A DNA stretch of 63,563 nt, counting the filler, from Octopus bimaculoides (lineage: Eukaryota): assembly GCF_001194135.2 (NCBI RefSeq). It is 9 parts of 8 records of this genome, joined end to end, with 100 filler letters (N's around TTAATTAATTAA, not from the genome) between each part and the next. Parts side by side here need not be neighbours in the genome. Positions count along the whole stretch, not along the records: positions 33,023 to 52,635 come from NC_068998.1; 8 more parts are not named here. One strand, given 5' to 3'. The notes under the pieces are model-generated. The model was not told the origin of the DNA. It saw nothing but the letters and a program-made list of their open reading frames with translations, and did no database searches. The stretch's first letter is position 1. Each line of letters opens with the position of its first letter. The position numbers were made by a program, and so were the translations under genes. Of this stretch, positions 37,319-51,494 are shown piece after piece.

Positions 37319-38479
37319 TTTNNNNNNNNNNNNNNNNNNNNNNNNNNNNNNNNNNNNNNNNNNNNNNNNNNNNNNNNNNNNNNNNNNNNNNNNNNNNNNN
37401 NNNNNNNNNNNNNNNNNNNNNTATATATATATATATACATATATATATGCATATATATGTATACATATATGCATACACATATATATACTTATATATTCAT
37501 ATGCATTTATATATATATACTTATATATACACACACAAATATATATATATATATACATACATATATACACACACACACACATATACCCATGTGTACACAT
37601 ATCCATTTAACATGCTGTATATGGTTACAATTTAAAGAAGCTACCACTTGCAAAACTTCAAAGTCACACTCAACAAAGGTAATAAATATTGGAATGTACA
37701 CATGTATTGAGTCCTTAATTCACTCAATGTTCACTGTTTTCAGGTTTTTAAAAAACTCCTATATTTAACTCTATATTTATCATGCTCACACATTATTACA
37801 TTTGTGTATATATTTATCACACTTTGCATCTTTATTCATCACACTTGCACATTTATTTATTTTACTAGCATCTTTATTTACTAGTTACTCTGTTGTTTTA
37901 TATAAAATTCTGAAAAATATTAATCTTCATTAAAAAACATTCTTTGAAACTAATGCAAATAACGTGAAATTTTAACCTGAAGTAAATGGTGTTAAACAGA
38001 GATAATGGAAAAGTCATAACAAAGTATTAATCTAATAACCATGCATTTGTTCTCAACTGTCATTGTAGTAAATGAAGACCAGTTTATCTTCTATGTAGTT
38101 TAGTATGTACATATTGTTATCTTTTTAACTCTCAGTCATCTCATTATGTAGATGTGAAATGGCTAAGTGGATATTTGCATATCCACTTAGAAATTCATTG
38201 CAGTTCTATCATTATTTCACTTGGCTGAAAACTTGCCTGCACTGAATCAATTCATTGAACTGTCATGAGCTAATAAGGAAGATGCTATACGGTCACTAGA
38301 CCTAATAGAAAAAGCAACCAAATCTTCCTCAATTCACACCTTACCATCTTATTCAAGGCCAGAAAATATAATATAGTCTTGCAGGCTCCTAAAAAGATGA
38401 GATAGCCATCATCAGAATACTGAAATCTTGGTTTTTCTCAATCATGGCTGATACTAAATAACAAACTGGTGGCCAATAA

Positions 38480-38760
38480 TAGGTATTTGCAATGTAGACT
38501 TCAAAATAGATGAATGGCATTTTAGAGCCATACAAGCCATGTACAAGGACGTTGTGAGTAGGGTGAGTCAGCCATGAATGGAGTGATGAATTTTGTGTAC
38601 AAGTAGGAGTTCACCAGCGTTTGGTTCTCAATCCTGTCCAATTCATCATAGTCTGGCAGGCCATAACAGAGAAATTTTAAACTGGCTGTCTGTGGGAACT
38701 ATTATATGCTGATGACCTTGCTGTTATAACAGAATCCAAACAGAATTGGAAAAGAACTAA
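38480..38760 (+). mobile_element. Degenerate RTE reverse transcriptase fragment
   Basis: IDEW.FRAIQAMYK…VGVHQ..VL.P..FIIV.QAITE…WELLYADDLAVI. Confidence 0.85.
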
Positions 38761-39775
38761 ATCTCATCATGCACTAAGCTCTCTCCCCACTGCTCCCTGA
38801 AGCCATTTTGTCCTATCTCTCTCCCTGTCTTACTCCTGCCACCTATATTATTGCTATTCTGCAATATATACCCGTGTTCACCACTTACTCCATCCCTCTT
38901 CCCACCTCTATCTCCTAATCTCCTTTTACACTCTTGTGAACCCTTTGCTCACCCTATCCAATCCTCTGTATCACTCCACTTACATACTCCTACTTGCACC
39001 TTGAGGGTACGTCCTGGTTCATCTCCCCCACCACCCCTTCTCTTGCTGCTCTCTCAGGGGTAACCATGTATCACCTCTACAACAAGAGACTCGTTTCTGT
39101 CTTTGCTTTGCATCATATCTTAACCTCTCATCACCTGGAACAAAGCCCTTCTTTTGAAACTACTACTCCCTTAGTTGAAGGCTTTTTGTTTTGCAAATTA
39201 CTTTGTGACATCACAGATCTTGCTGATTTAGGAACAGATAACAACAGTGAGTAGAGCATATGATTGAAATTTGTATCAGTGGTTCAGCTGGCAGAAAACA
39301 GAAAGGTCCTAGAGAGAAGTACTAAGTCAAGTAGTCTCCTTATATTGGAGGATGCTCTTCAAAGTGGATGCTGACACAAAACAACCTCTCAATCAGATGT
39401 CTTTTATCAGCCTCAGGTGATGTATGTATGTATGTATGTATGTATGTATGTATGTATGTGTGTGTGTGCATGCGTGCATGCATGCATGCATGTATGTATG
39501 TATGTATGTATGTATGTATGTATGCATGCATGCATGTATGTATGCATGTTTGTATATATGTATGTATGCATGCATGTATGTATGTATGTGGTGTATGTAT
39601 GTAAGTATGTCTATACTTGAGGTAGCTAGGAATTGGTTCAGAGGCTTCATTTGAATTTAACTGCTGATCTCTGTGTCTACTGCTCCTACGGTGAATTGTA
39701 CTCTCAGCAGCATCTAATACTCCTAGCTTCAATCTGAAGCTAGTCCAAGAAAAGATTTATATATCACTTTGTTTC

Positions 39776-39811
<36 letters not shown>

Positions 39812-42800
39812 TTAATATCAATGTTTTGTGAGCATCCACAATAATGAACTTTCATTTGAGGAAAACAGTACACAATAACAAACGTAAGAATTAGTTTTGT
39901 TATAACCTTGGTAGGATATGTAACTTTGGTAGGAATATTATCTTTAATGATATAAATCCCTCCACTGTGTCATACTTGTGGAGAAATTATTCCTATAAGC
40001 ATCAAGACAGTATTGCTTTAAAACAAGTTTTGGTCAATGCTTTAATTTTTCAAACAATATTTTATCTTTTATTTAGAAAGCAGATTTATATTAAAGAGTC
40101 TGTGCATTTTGTGCTTCCTGTGGATTTTCATCTAAGTATCAGTACTTTTATACCTTTAGTTGAGATGAATAATTTAAATCTACAATGGTTACATGTGTAT
40201 CTATGTATACACACAAACACACACACACACACACACAGAATATCCATCAATTATTTGCCATTCATAAAGTAGGAATAGGTTACTTCTCAACAGAAATCAA
40301 GATTTGAGTTTGAATCTTTGAAGAAGCTGGACTAAATTAGTTTCTTTACACAAAGGAATTCTGTAGAAATGTTGCTTCTTTTCCTATTTACTATCAAGTA
40401 GCACTTTCTAAGAATTAGATAGCAAATTAGAGAGTATCACAATACAATTTGTCTTTGATTGGAACCGATGGAATTATTGTCAAAGCAGTAACAAGAGGGA
40501 AACCTGTTTACCGATAAAAGCATGAGTTTATCGTTGAAAGGCTAGAATAAATTTAACCAAACCATTTTCTTTATATGTGCCATTTCATGACCAAAGAAAT
40601 GAGAATTACTCATCTTCTGAACATAATGTAATTTATTTTCAGTCTGCTTTTGTGAGAAGTTTATCTCCTATGTGAGTGCATATGTAGAATATTTAAGGTG
40701 ATGTTCAACAAGATTTTGAGATTGGTTAGCTTAAGTAGCGAAGTTTATATAGATATTATACCTATCTCTTCTATTTATGCAAGTTGGAAAAATGAAATAA
40801 TTGAAGTAAATGCAAATATGAAGACAACTAATTCCAATATTTTGTTTACTACTGTGCAAGGTTCTGAATTTGCAAGTACTTCTTTTTTTTCTACTGAAGT
40901 AACAGAAAATAATAATGATTGCTTTTTGATGCACAGATATCTATATTAGCTAACTTATATTACAATCTTCCCCTTATTAAATTTTGGATTAATTTTTTTT
41001 GTTTATAAGTATCTTAAATCAGTTATCACAACTGCTTGTGTAAAGTATTTCATTAGAATCTATGTCCTCACTTGTATTATTCATTAACATAGATAAAAGG
41101 GTTTCACTGCCAATTTAATCAATTATGTATTTGTTGAAATATATCACTATTTCAGTTATGTACATATGTAACTTTAACTAATTTGTGTATTTAACTACAG
41201 GCATAGTAATATCACTTCAACCTCTTCAACAAGCAATAGTAATAATAAAATGGTTTTTTTCCATGGCTTTCTTCTTTACCAAAATGGGATCATAAAAGTG
41301 GGAGCAGCAATGATGTTTGAAATGATCATGATTGTCTCGGTAGGAGGCCAGTACAATAATATTATTTGTTCATAATGAAGTTCATCTGGTAAACCAACCT
41401 TATACCTTTACAAAGGTATTAGTTAAATTTGGTAAATGTAATAAAACACTTTGCATTTTCACAGAAGAGATGCTGCTATGCAGTAGTGAATTATTCCACA
41501 TTGTGGTACCCTCTTACAGCTGAGTGAACTCAGATTACATGAGTTAAGTCTCATTACTACAGATTAAATACATGTGTCAAGCGCTGCATGTTTTTGTGAT
41601 TTTAATACTTGTCTTTTGAATTTTATTTTGTTATGGTTCTTGGTATTGCAAAGAGCATAACTACTTACTTCCTCTCATTTCTTCACCATTTCACTATTCT
41701 CCAGCCAGATAGTAATTTGCATTTTATGCTGTTGAACATATTGATCTTCCATACATGTCAAGGTAACACGTCATTCATCATCTGTTTTTTTTCCCCAGTC
41801 TGAGAGACTAGATGCATATTAGGACAACTCCAGAGTGACAGGCTACTGTCCTAATGAATGATTGGGCATCAGGAGGAAGGCTGTCATATCTGAACAGTGA
41901 ATTCAATTTTGTGCATTCTTCATTTATCTTGAACAATTTCACACTTAACTTCTGAGAAACACAGACACCAGACCTTTCAAAAGTGCTTGTTATTCTGGTT
42001 GTAACACTCAGAATATGACACAAGCCTGTGGTTTTAAAAAATTGAACTCTTTGTTTCCTCCCCTGTGATTACATATGGTAGATATAACATAAATGATAGT
42101 GTATGTGCTATAAATTGATGGCATGTATCTCTTTGTTCAGCCAGTTATACAGGCCCTGTCTTTTTGCATCATTTTTCTCTCATGTATTTTGATTGTTATT
42201 GCTGTTACTATTTCTTAAATAAATAAATATATGGGAGAATCTTATAAAATCTGACTGAGTCTCTTTGCAATTGTATCTAATGCAAGAGAGAGTAAAGAAA
42301 AAATTATATATCTGTGCTTTTGGAAATACGGCAGTGTATTAGAATTACACTATAGACAGCAACTACAGCAAATACCCAAGAGTATCGCAGTAGAAATAAA
42401 AACGAAAGATTAAAGAAAAGTTACAGCACTACCTGCTTTAAATCTTAAACCAAAGACTCAAGCAAAACATAGAGTGAGATCATTAGATATTCCTGTGCTG
42501 ATACATTTGTACTCAATACATAGGACAAAGAAATACAAGTAGGAGGTTAAGGGACACTGAAAATAGGGAGGATTAATGGCTGATTGCACTATGGGTAGGT
42601 GGTCAAAGCAGAATTGATGAAAGATTGTATGTGATCATAAGGTTTTCAAAGGGATTTGCAAGTACAAAGGGCTTTACAGCACCGTTACAGATCATAAATT
42701 CATGCTGGAACTGTACTCAACTTAGTGCACCACAACAAAATGTGTGAAATTGATGGCACAGGGGAAAAAAAAAAAAAAACTAATTGCTACATCTGTTGTA

Positions 42801-44193
42801 ATAAGAACTACCTCCATGCAGCTCACTATAAAATAACTAAAAAGGCAGGACAAGAAAATGAGGTAGAAAAGTAACAAAGAACAGTCAACGAAGCAAAGCA
42901 AAAGGAATCTCAAACCTTAGTTTCTAAAGCACAATCAATCAAAACATCAGGAATGGAAGAGGAAATCACTTTGTACTCAGTCCTAGAAACAAATAATCTG
43001 GTACCTTGTTCTTTAATCTTAGCAACCAGTAGTACCACCCCGTGGTTGTGTGACAAGGAACATATGAGAAGAATGTATAAACTGTTGAAGGAAATACAAA
43101 AGAAAAAAACATGTCCAAATAAAAATCAAAGCAAAGAAACTAAATGGGTGAGAAGGAACAACTTCTTCAAAACAATGACAATATTTCTCTTTAGGAAAAT
43201 AATAAAGGAAATAGAGAAGAGATCAAAGGACAAAGTTTCACTTTCATTTAGAGATCAAACCAAGAATTATGAGATAGAATCATGTATTTTCAGTGGCAGG
43301 AACATTCTGATGAAGTAAAATTAACTCTGGAACAGTTAGGGTTGATATCCTGAAATACATAGGCATGTTGAAAAAGGTAGGTTATCAGAAAAAAGAAAAT
43401 GAAGATACCATAAGGAAGTGAAACGGTCCTACCATAAGGATGTGAATATTTCCAGCCACAAGAAACACTAAAAGTGTTAAAAAATGCCTTTGCAATGACA
43501 GCAAAGCAAAGTCATGGGGTACTTCAAAATAGGCCTTCCCAAACTTTTTGAACTGTGACACCCATTTTCAAAAGAAATTTGTTGTAATATTCTCTGCCCT
43601 GCTTACAAAAAAAAAAGATCAGATGCAGATAAATCTACATTAGAAAACAGCAGAAGATATCAAACTTCAGGGGAAATGCTACCCCTGAAAGAGTCTCTTG
43701 TTCTTTAAGAAAAATCTTAAAATATTTATTATTTATTCTTTCAAGGGACGTAAATTGCATAGATATTTCATTTGGGAAATGGACGATCTGGAATGAAAGG
43801 ACAATTAATCGCATATTTAACAAAAATATGTCAATTGTTTTCTTTTAACAAAAATAATGAAATATATTTTTAGCCAAGAATTCAAATAAGAACTATTGAG
43901 TTTTTAAAAATCAAATTTAAAGTTAATGTTGTTAATATAAAATATACAAAATGAAGTGAGTTTAAAAAGTAATGCAAAATATACAAAAAAATCTTTTCTT
44001 AAAAAAGAATATAAAAAGATTATGTTTATATATTCGTTTTGCAAGATTCTTGATGTGAAATCATGTGTTGAAACAAATATTGTTGTATTTGGGGATGGTC
44101 ATGTTGCCAGTTTAGCCAATAAAAACACACACTATAAATTTGGTGTTAATTTGCTTCAGCTTTATTTTATTTTTTACATTAATCATATTTCAG

Positions 44194-44233
44194 CCAGAGG
44201 TCTTTCGTCACACTTCTGTGACCTCATCAGTGG
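44194..44233 (-). ncRNA. Minimal type I hammerhead ribozyme motif (left arm)
   Basis: CCA-CTGATGA-G-GTCAC-AGAAGT-GTGAC-GAAA-GACC-TC-TGG; core boxes intact, one extra nt after A9, stem I only 3 bp. Confidence 0.7.
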
Positions 44234-44388
44234 TCCTTTACTTTCTTCTTTCCTATTTGTGTGTCTTTCTTTACTAATGATCAGCTATTTTGTATTTTGT
44301 ATTCCTATTGTACAATAGGAATACAAAATACAAAATGGCTGATCATTAGTAAGGAAAACAAACAAATAAGAGAGAAGAAAGCAAAAGA

Positions 44389-44428
44389 CCACTGATGAGG
44401 TTACAGAAGTGTGACGAAAGACCTCTGG
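44389..44428 (+). ncRNA. Minimal type I hammerhead ribozyme motif (right arm)
   Basis: CCA-CTGATGA-G-GTTAC-AGAAGT-GTGAC-GAAA-GACC-TC-TGG; a G-U pair is retained in stem II. Confidence 0.7.
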
Positions 44429-44849
44429 CTGAAATATGATTAATGTAAAAAATAAAATAGAGCTGAAGCAAATTAACACCAAATATAGAGTGTGTGTTTT
44501 TATTGGCTAAACTGGCAATATGACCATCCTCAAATACAACAATAATATAAAAAGAGTTATCTCAAAAACAATTTTTTCATCTGAATGAAAATCAAATTCA
44601 GAATTGGTGTTAATGTAAAAATATTAAAGAAAATTTTTTCTCTGTCAAGCTAAAATAGGTCCAAAATTTATCGCAGCCCTAATTTATTTTTTACAAAAAC
44701 AATAAAAACAAACATTTCTCATTTTCAGCTATAAATTTATTACTAACAGAAAATATATTGTTACTGAGAAAGACGTACTTGTTTATTTTTCTACTACAAA
44801 TAAAATCTTGGTTCAATATCTATTAATGCAGGTCTCAAGGAAATTTTAA

Positions 44850-46330
44850 CTTTCTTAGTACTGGAGTTATTTTTTTTTAATTCTAGTCAGCTGTATATGG
44901 TGATTTGTACAAAAACATTGTATCAAATGGTAGAAGGATTTCAATCACTAATTTGGACAACACTTGAAATTCAGCACAAACACCAAGCCAAAAAGCATTT
45001 TAAATTTTCAAAGAAAATTCAAACCTGATAGTTTAATCACTTGAAAGTTGTATTCTACTTGGGCTTTTAATGTTTTACACATTCTGTTTCAACTGTGAAC
45101 AGATTTTGGATCCTATCCAAATTGGTTGTTGTTTAATTATGGCAGAAGATATTTGTAGAAATCGATTTCTAGACTTTCCAAATGGTCAAGTATTATTTGC
45201 TTGATCAAATCAAAATTTAATTAATTTTCATAATTCCTCATTTTTTATTTTGTATTTCTATATGATTTATTTTCTATGAAGACTTAATTATAGATTTAAG
45301 TAGAAAAAGATTGTTCTCTCCTAGTAGAGAGAAAGCTCATTAACTTTTCTAACTTGCATAACCAATCTTCTTCATGAGACAAAATTTACTAAATCTGAAC
45401 TGTGTCCTGACAGAAAAATTTTGACCTCATTTTTAAACTTCTAAGAGCAGATTCGAAGATCATCTATTTGTGAGCCATTACCTTTCTGTTAGTAAATGTT
45501 TGCTAAAAAAGGATCACATTTCATTATAGAGATTTGAAAAGATGCAGCTACTGAGTGCATAGCTCAATTCATAATTTTAACTGCATCTTGTAACATTGCA
45601 TTCAGATCTGCAGAAAGTTTCTTGGACACTAATGCCTCTCAGTGTATCATGCAATGAGTGAAATAAATAAGATTTTGCTCACAGATTTGGCTTTAACTTG
45701 AAATTCAATTTTCCTTTCTGTCATATCTGTTGCACCATTTGCACATACTCCAATGCAATTATTTTATTCAAAGTCAGCTCCTCCAAAAAATTGTCAAGTT
45801 TTTGGAAAACAATTTTATCCATCCAGTGATCAACAGAAAAAGTCTTCTTGGACACAATTCTCAGGATAATAATGATATATCCCAATAACTGTATGCAATG
45901 TCATTTTATCCAACTGAATTGTAAATTTAGAGCTATTATTAATTCTTCCATTAAGTTGCTCAAATTAGTCATCCAAAATTTCTGGATTATGACTCCTAAC
46001 AGTATTTTTCGACAGAGAAACTCTCTTTAATTAATCTGCATATTTGTTTCCATTAACAATTTGTGATTTCAATTGCTGCTGGTAACATTTTCTTTACTGA
46101 TGCTGTATGATTTTTTTTTTTAGATCTTGCAATTAAATAGGCAGATTCAAAAGATGCCTTCAAGTATTTCACTATGTCAGTAGTGTGACTATGATCCTCA
46201 AGAGATTGCTTCTTTTGACTGAAGGATTCTGGTAGTCTTTCAAACAAATTCTGTAAGCTTACCACCACAGGAAAAATGTCTTGAATTAAGATGTTGTCTT
46301 AATTTTGTAGGCTTCATACTTCCAACCACA
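44850..46330 (-). mobile_element. Degenerate hAT (Charlie/Buster-like) transposase
   Basis: LKASFESAYLIARSKK.HT…LPAAIEI; CIGVCANGATDMT; L..L.IEILLPF (dimerisation domain); many stops. Confidence 0.75.
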
Positions 46331-46873
46331 AACCACCAAACAATCATTACAAATTAAGCAGACAAGGAATTTCTTCATTATTTTTCAAAGTACAAGTACA
46401 TCTATATTAAAATTAAGATTCATTAAATTTTCTGCTAGCTGAATGACCAAGCATTGCCCAAGTTACTATTTTTCTTATTCAGATTAGTAAACAATAAATA
46501 TAATGATATATTCTCATAATTATTTTAAAATATCTATATTTTATTAAAAAACATCCAAATTGTGATAAAAGAATTTCGAAATGAAAATCTGTCAATGTTG
46601 AAGCACCCCAGGATAAACAATATTCATTGTGCAATTTTTTGGTGCTGTTGAAATGAATGAATTGTAAGCAAGCAACATAGAGTTGGCCGTGGGAGAAGTA
46701 TGCAGTATAGAGATCAAATGCAACTACCTTGAGGGATTGACCCTGAGATTTGTTAATTGAAATACCAAAACTTAGTTTGACTGGAAACTGAAGTGTCTTA
46801 AATTCAAATGGAACATCTGTTAGTTTGAGAGGAATTTTTGGAATAAAGACATTTTCTCCTTTGTGACTACCTG

Positions 46874-48301
46874 TTATGATTGTTGCCTGTAGGATATGGA
46901 GTTACATGGAAGTAACAATTGAGTTCCATTATATAGGTGAGATGGGTCAAGATTCCTAAGCAACATAATGGGAGCACCCAATTTTAGTGTCAAGTTATGT
47001 GGTAGCATCCCAGTGAGTGTTTTCAGAAATTCAACAGGATATTGAACAACCTGATCTTGATCAGCTGTTGTCAATTGATTGAAAAGTCATTTCTGATGTA
47101 TCTGTTAACTTTTGAAGAGGTTCATGATTGAGTTTATCAACCATTTTATTAGTTGGAGCTAGTATGGCTCTTTCACATAGCCAATTTACATCAGTGTAAT
47201 TGACAGATAAATTAGGAAATACTTTATCCATAAGATCCCAAAGAGAAAGTATCATTTAACCGCATATAATTTCATGCTGCTGAAGTCTTGAGTTGGATGT
47301 TAATATCCTATTACCAATCTTACAGAAGTACGCTGATGCTGCTTGTAAGATGAAGTTTCTCCACGTGTCTCCAAAGTATGATTTTTTGAAGCATGCATTC
47401 ACCTCATCAGCTTTTGATCCTATGGGGATAATTGGCAACATTTGACAAAAATCTCCTGCAAGAAGAACTGTTACTCCTCCTACAAGTGTGTTAATGTTTT
47501 TATGTCTCGGAGGGTACAGTCAAGTACCTCTGGAGCTCCACGATGTGACAGTGCCCTCATTCCAAACAATGAGGCAAGTTTGTTGGAGAATTGTTGCTAT
47601 TGCAGAGTTTTTGGAAATGTTGCACACTTGAGATTCTTTCATTACATGGTTTAGAGGGCACTTAGACATGGAATGAGAAATTCTTCCTCCATTGAGGAGG
47701 GTAGCTGCAATACCAGAAGATGCAACACTGGAAGAAGGTTAGATTTTATTTCCTCCCATTTAGGAGTGCAGGTGAAAGTGACAAAAAGATCTGGTTTTCT
47801 ATATGTCCTGACATATGTCATAGCATCTTGTGTTCATTCGTGCATATATTGAGGACTACCTGCGTGGGAGGATTATAAATTGCCCCATGTTTTGAATATC
47901 ACCATCTGTTCTCAGAGCATCTTGGAGATGAACATGATTTTTAGCTCTTAACTGTTTTTGTAACCTTAACTTACGAATGTAGAGGAGACACTGATTCTCA
48001 ACGTTAGCATACATATCAACCAGGTATGGCTGAAATAAATCATGATACATGTGTAATTGATTTGATTGTTCTAGTCTTAATATCAGTTGGTAAGAATAGA
48101 AGTCACCTTTTTGTTTGTAATTGACTCTCCTGTTGCAGGTTCAATCTGTTGAATATTGAAATGATATCCATCATGTCCATTCCACAAAATAAGAGGATAC
48201 TGAAGAGAATCATAAGAGGGATGAGTCTCTGAAACACGTTTAAGATTGTTTTCTCGAGCACAAATGAGAATATAACAATTGTCATGGGGATCACCTACCA
48301 T
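46874..48301 (-). mobile_element. Helitron Rep-helicase relic, internally deleted
   Basis: SETHPSYDSLQYPL; LFQPYLVDMYA.VE…LYIR…LRA; LLPIIP.GS…NAC.K.S; RAILAPTN..VD.LN; YPVEFL.TL.G..PH.L.LK.GAPIMLLRNL.P..L.NGT. Confidence 0.92.
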
Positions 48302-49789
48302 AAGGATGGGTACTTCATTATATGTGGGCTCATTAAAACAGCATAAAATGTCCCTTACTATAGTTTTCTATAGATGTAACGAACACGGCAACACACACAC
48401 ACACTCACAGACACATAGACACTCACAGAATTCTGTTAATTCTCTCCCTTGGATTTGCACTGTTTTAATGAAGCTGAATAAAACTAAGTCAAAACTGGTC
48501 ATGATGGAATTTGTGTGCAGAGCACATAGAGTCAGAACAGATGTCATGAGGTAGAATATGATTCAGTTTACTTATGATTTTACCAATTTACCATGTGTGC
48601 TTCAAGCAGTGTAGCTGGAGTGGGACATCTTTGAAATTCAGGAGAAAAAATTTGGACTTGCTTTGGCACATTGCGATTTATTTTATTCAATATTAGAGGA
48701 GGGTTGTAAATGACAGGTATCTCCTCTGTAAAATAGGATCATATTCTCCAAATGTGTGTGCCTTATTTAGCACTGTCCGTGTGGTTTGTAGATTCTTTTA
48801 TTCTTTTACTTGTTTCAGTCATTTGACTGTGGCCATGCTGGAGCAATTATGGTTTCTTTTATTCATAAATATAACAGATAGATAGGTAGGTAGGTAGAGA
48901 GAGAGAGAGAGCAAGTCATTTTAATTATTTTATTTAATATACTTAGTCCAAGTTTTCTTTATGATATTGTTTTAGTCTTATAGAAAATAAATAAATATTT
49001 TTTTAATAGTAACTGAGATCTATAACTTCTGTATGTACAATGTAATGGAGGAATAAATGGTCTGTTTGCTGATGCAACAAAAAATAATAACTTGCTACAC
49101 TGAGTTCAACTTCTCTAGCAGCTATAATACAATAAGTTTGGCTTCTTTTGGCACCCATTATATACAATATGAAGAGGAGGTTTGGGTGCTTCCCTATATC
49201 TTAATGGGGAATAGGACTCACCACCCCATAATGTACAAACATGCTGAATATATAAGAAATGTATTATTAATATTCTAGTGCTAGATATTTTATAAATATG
49301 CCTCAGATTCAAGTATGAAAGGTCAGATTCTTCAAGTGATAGTGCCAGTTGGCATTGAGTGCTATTTAATTATTTCTATAATGATTTTTTGGCTACTTCA
49401 ATTGTGTCTTTGATATAACAAAAAATCCTAAAAACAGTATTATTTCTGTGAGATTTATGAAAAGACAATAACCTAGTACTAATACATTTTCATTAAAATA
49501 TATACATGTTAACATTAATCTATATGAAACATTTTAGCATACTTTGTTAAGCAATGCTAATTATCATTTATTGTTCAGTTTGATAGTGGGTGCTCTCATA
49601 ATATCACAAACTGTTTTTATTGGATATATATTCAATTATCTCTCAATTGTATACATTGAGTAAGGAGATATATCTTCACCTTGCTTTTGCTTATTTTGGG
49701 ACTATTAAATTTAAATTTGTAGTAAAATTGATACCAACATTATAACTTCTTCCATCATTGCAAAGGCTAAACTATTATTAACAGCAAAA

Positions 49790-50209
49790 GTAAAAAGCAC
49801 TGGTGCAGGTGCCACGTAAAATGTACTGGTGCTGGTGGCACATGAAAAGCACTAGTGCTGGTGCCATGTAAAAAGCACTGGTGATGATTCCACATAGAAA
49901 GCACTGGAGATGGTTCCGCATAAGAAACACTGGAGCTCTAGCTATGTAAAAAGTACTGGTCATGGTGCCATGAAAAAAGCACTGGTGATGGTGCCACATA
50001 AAGGCACTGGTGATGGAGTCACATAAAAAGTACTGTTGATGGTGCTATGTAAAAATCATTCACTACATTCTGTGAAGTGTTTGGCATTAGGAAAGGCATC
50101 AATTTATAGAAACCAAGCCAAAACAGACTATGAAACCTGGTGTGGCTCCTGGCCTTGCCAGCTCTGGTCAAATCTTCCAACCCATACCAGCATGGGAAAA
50201 CAGATGTTA

Positions 50210-50240
<31 letters not shown>
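49790..50240 (+). mobile_element. RTE 3' tail with ~9 tandem copies of a ~26-bp unit (aaaagcactggtgatggtgccacrta)
   Basis: The array abuts the shared RTE tail and (GAT)n end. Confidence 0.8.
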
Positions 50241-50242
<2 letters not shown>

Positions 50243-51494
50243 AACCAAGGTACATGCTATGAGAATTCAACTTAAGCATCTTAAAATTTCAGATTTCACA
50301 CTGAAGTATTAAAGCAGTTCTCTTTTTCAAGTTCACTCTTACTTGTGAAATTACAAAGTCTAAAGACATTTTCTTACGTTTTTTATTGTTAGTGAGAAAT
50401 GCCAGAGTAATGCAAACTTGATGAAGATTGTGGGTTAATAAGAAGAAAGAAAATTTTTACATATAAAAAGAATTTCAAGTAATCTTAGAACTTCTTTTGT
50501 TTTTAACAATGAAATATCAAACAATCCTCAAATATTTCTACTTTATGATCTAAATGAAATATATTTGTAAGAAAATCTTAATGTGAGATTGTAAGGCAGT
50601 ATCTTTTGAAAGCTTAGACAATAAATATAAATGTATATTTTTGTATATTCAAAACTTGCTTATAATAAGCTTACAGAGATAAGTTTAACAAAGAAAATAT
50701 ACTTAAGAGAATTTGACAAAGATAAGCATTAGAAAAGAATATTGATTGAGAAACGTCTTAAAGATAGTATGTAAATGGAACTGAAGCATTGTTTAGTTTT
50801 AGAAAGATTTTAAGTTAAATATACTGAGAGATCTATTAATTTCACTTTTGCATTAATAAGTTTCTTATACAACAAAACTTCAAAATTATTGTGGGACTGG
50901 TGAATAAAGGCTTGTATAAATTAAAAGCAAGACTTAATTACTGTTGGGAAAATAATGTAGACTTAACAGACATGTCAAAGTAGAAAAATGAATAGGGGAT
51001 GGACTGAATGTATAAAAATCAAGTAAACTCTTGAGAGGGATTATGAGGTTAGTTCAATTGCTAAGGGATTAAGCATGAAATGTCCAATTATGTTGCTATG
51101 AAAATGAACTTTAGCTGAAACTTAATGAGGTCACACCCAGAATCAGTGCCTTCTTAAGCATCGGTACACGGGGTAGTTGCTCAGGGGCCAGGGACCTCAT
51201 AAGTGTAGGGGCCCAATTCTGACTAATGTATGCCTTGGTTTATTGTCAATAAATAAATACTACAGGCCCCAGTGCACTGATTGCTAACACAGTCCTGCTC
51301 AGAATCAAAAAGAAATAACAACAAATCAAACCAGTGACTTAGGTTAGTAATTGAGGGAAGGATATAAGTTTCAAGAATAATCATTCTAGTACTACATCGT
51401 TTTGATATTGAAATTATATTTATCCATGTAAACTGGAAATATGAATTGTTTCAGAATACAGGGGCCACCATTTTCAAACAAGATATAATATATA

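Larger units (their letters stand above)
44078..44544. repeat. Spacerless palindrome with ~234-bp arms, centre 44311/44312 (CCTATTGT|ACAATAGG)
   Basis: Arms align as reverse complements with scattered substitutions and small indels. Confidence 0.95.

Noticed and set aside
40698-40949. 83-aa AT-rich ORF
   Set aside because: No motif, and the antisense frame is about equally open; unsupported.
33424-41504. Chain of possible + strand exons (~33424-33560, 36734-36806, ~37638-37680, ~39312-39417, ~41464-41504)
   Set aside because: Phases are only partly compatible, several splice sites are weak, and no recognisable protein results; not distinguishable from chance in AT-rich DNA.
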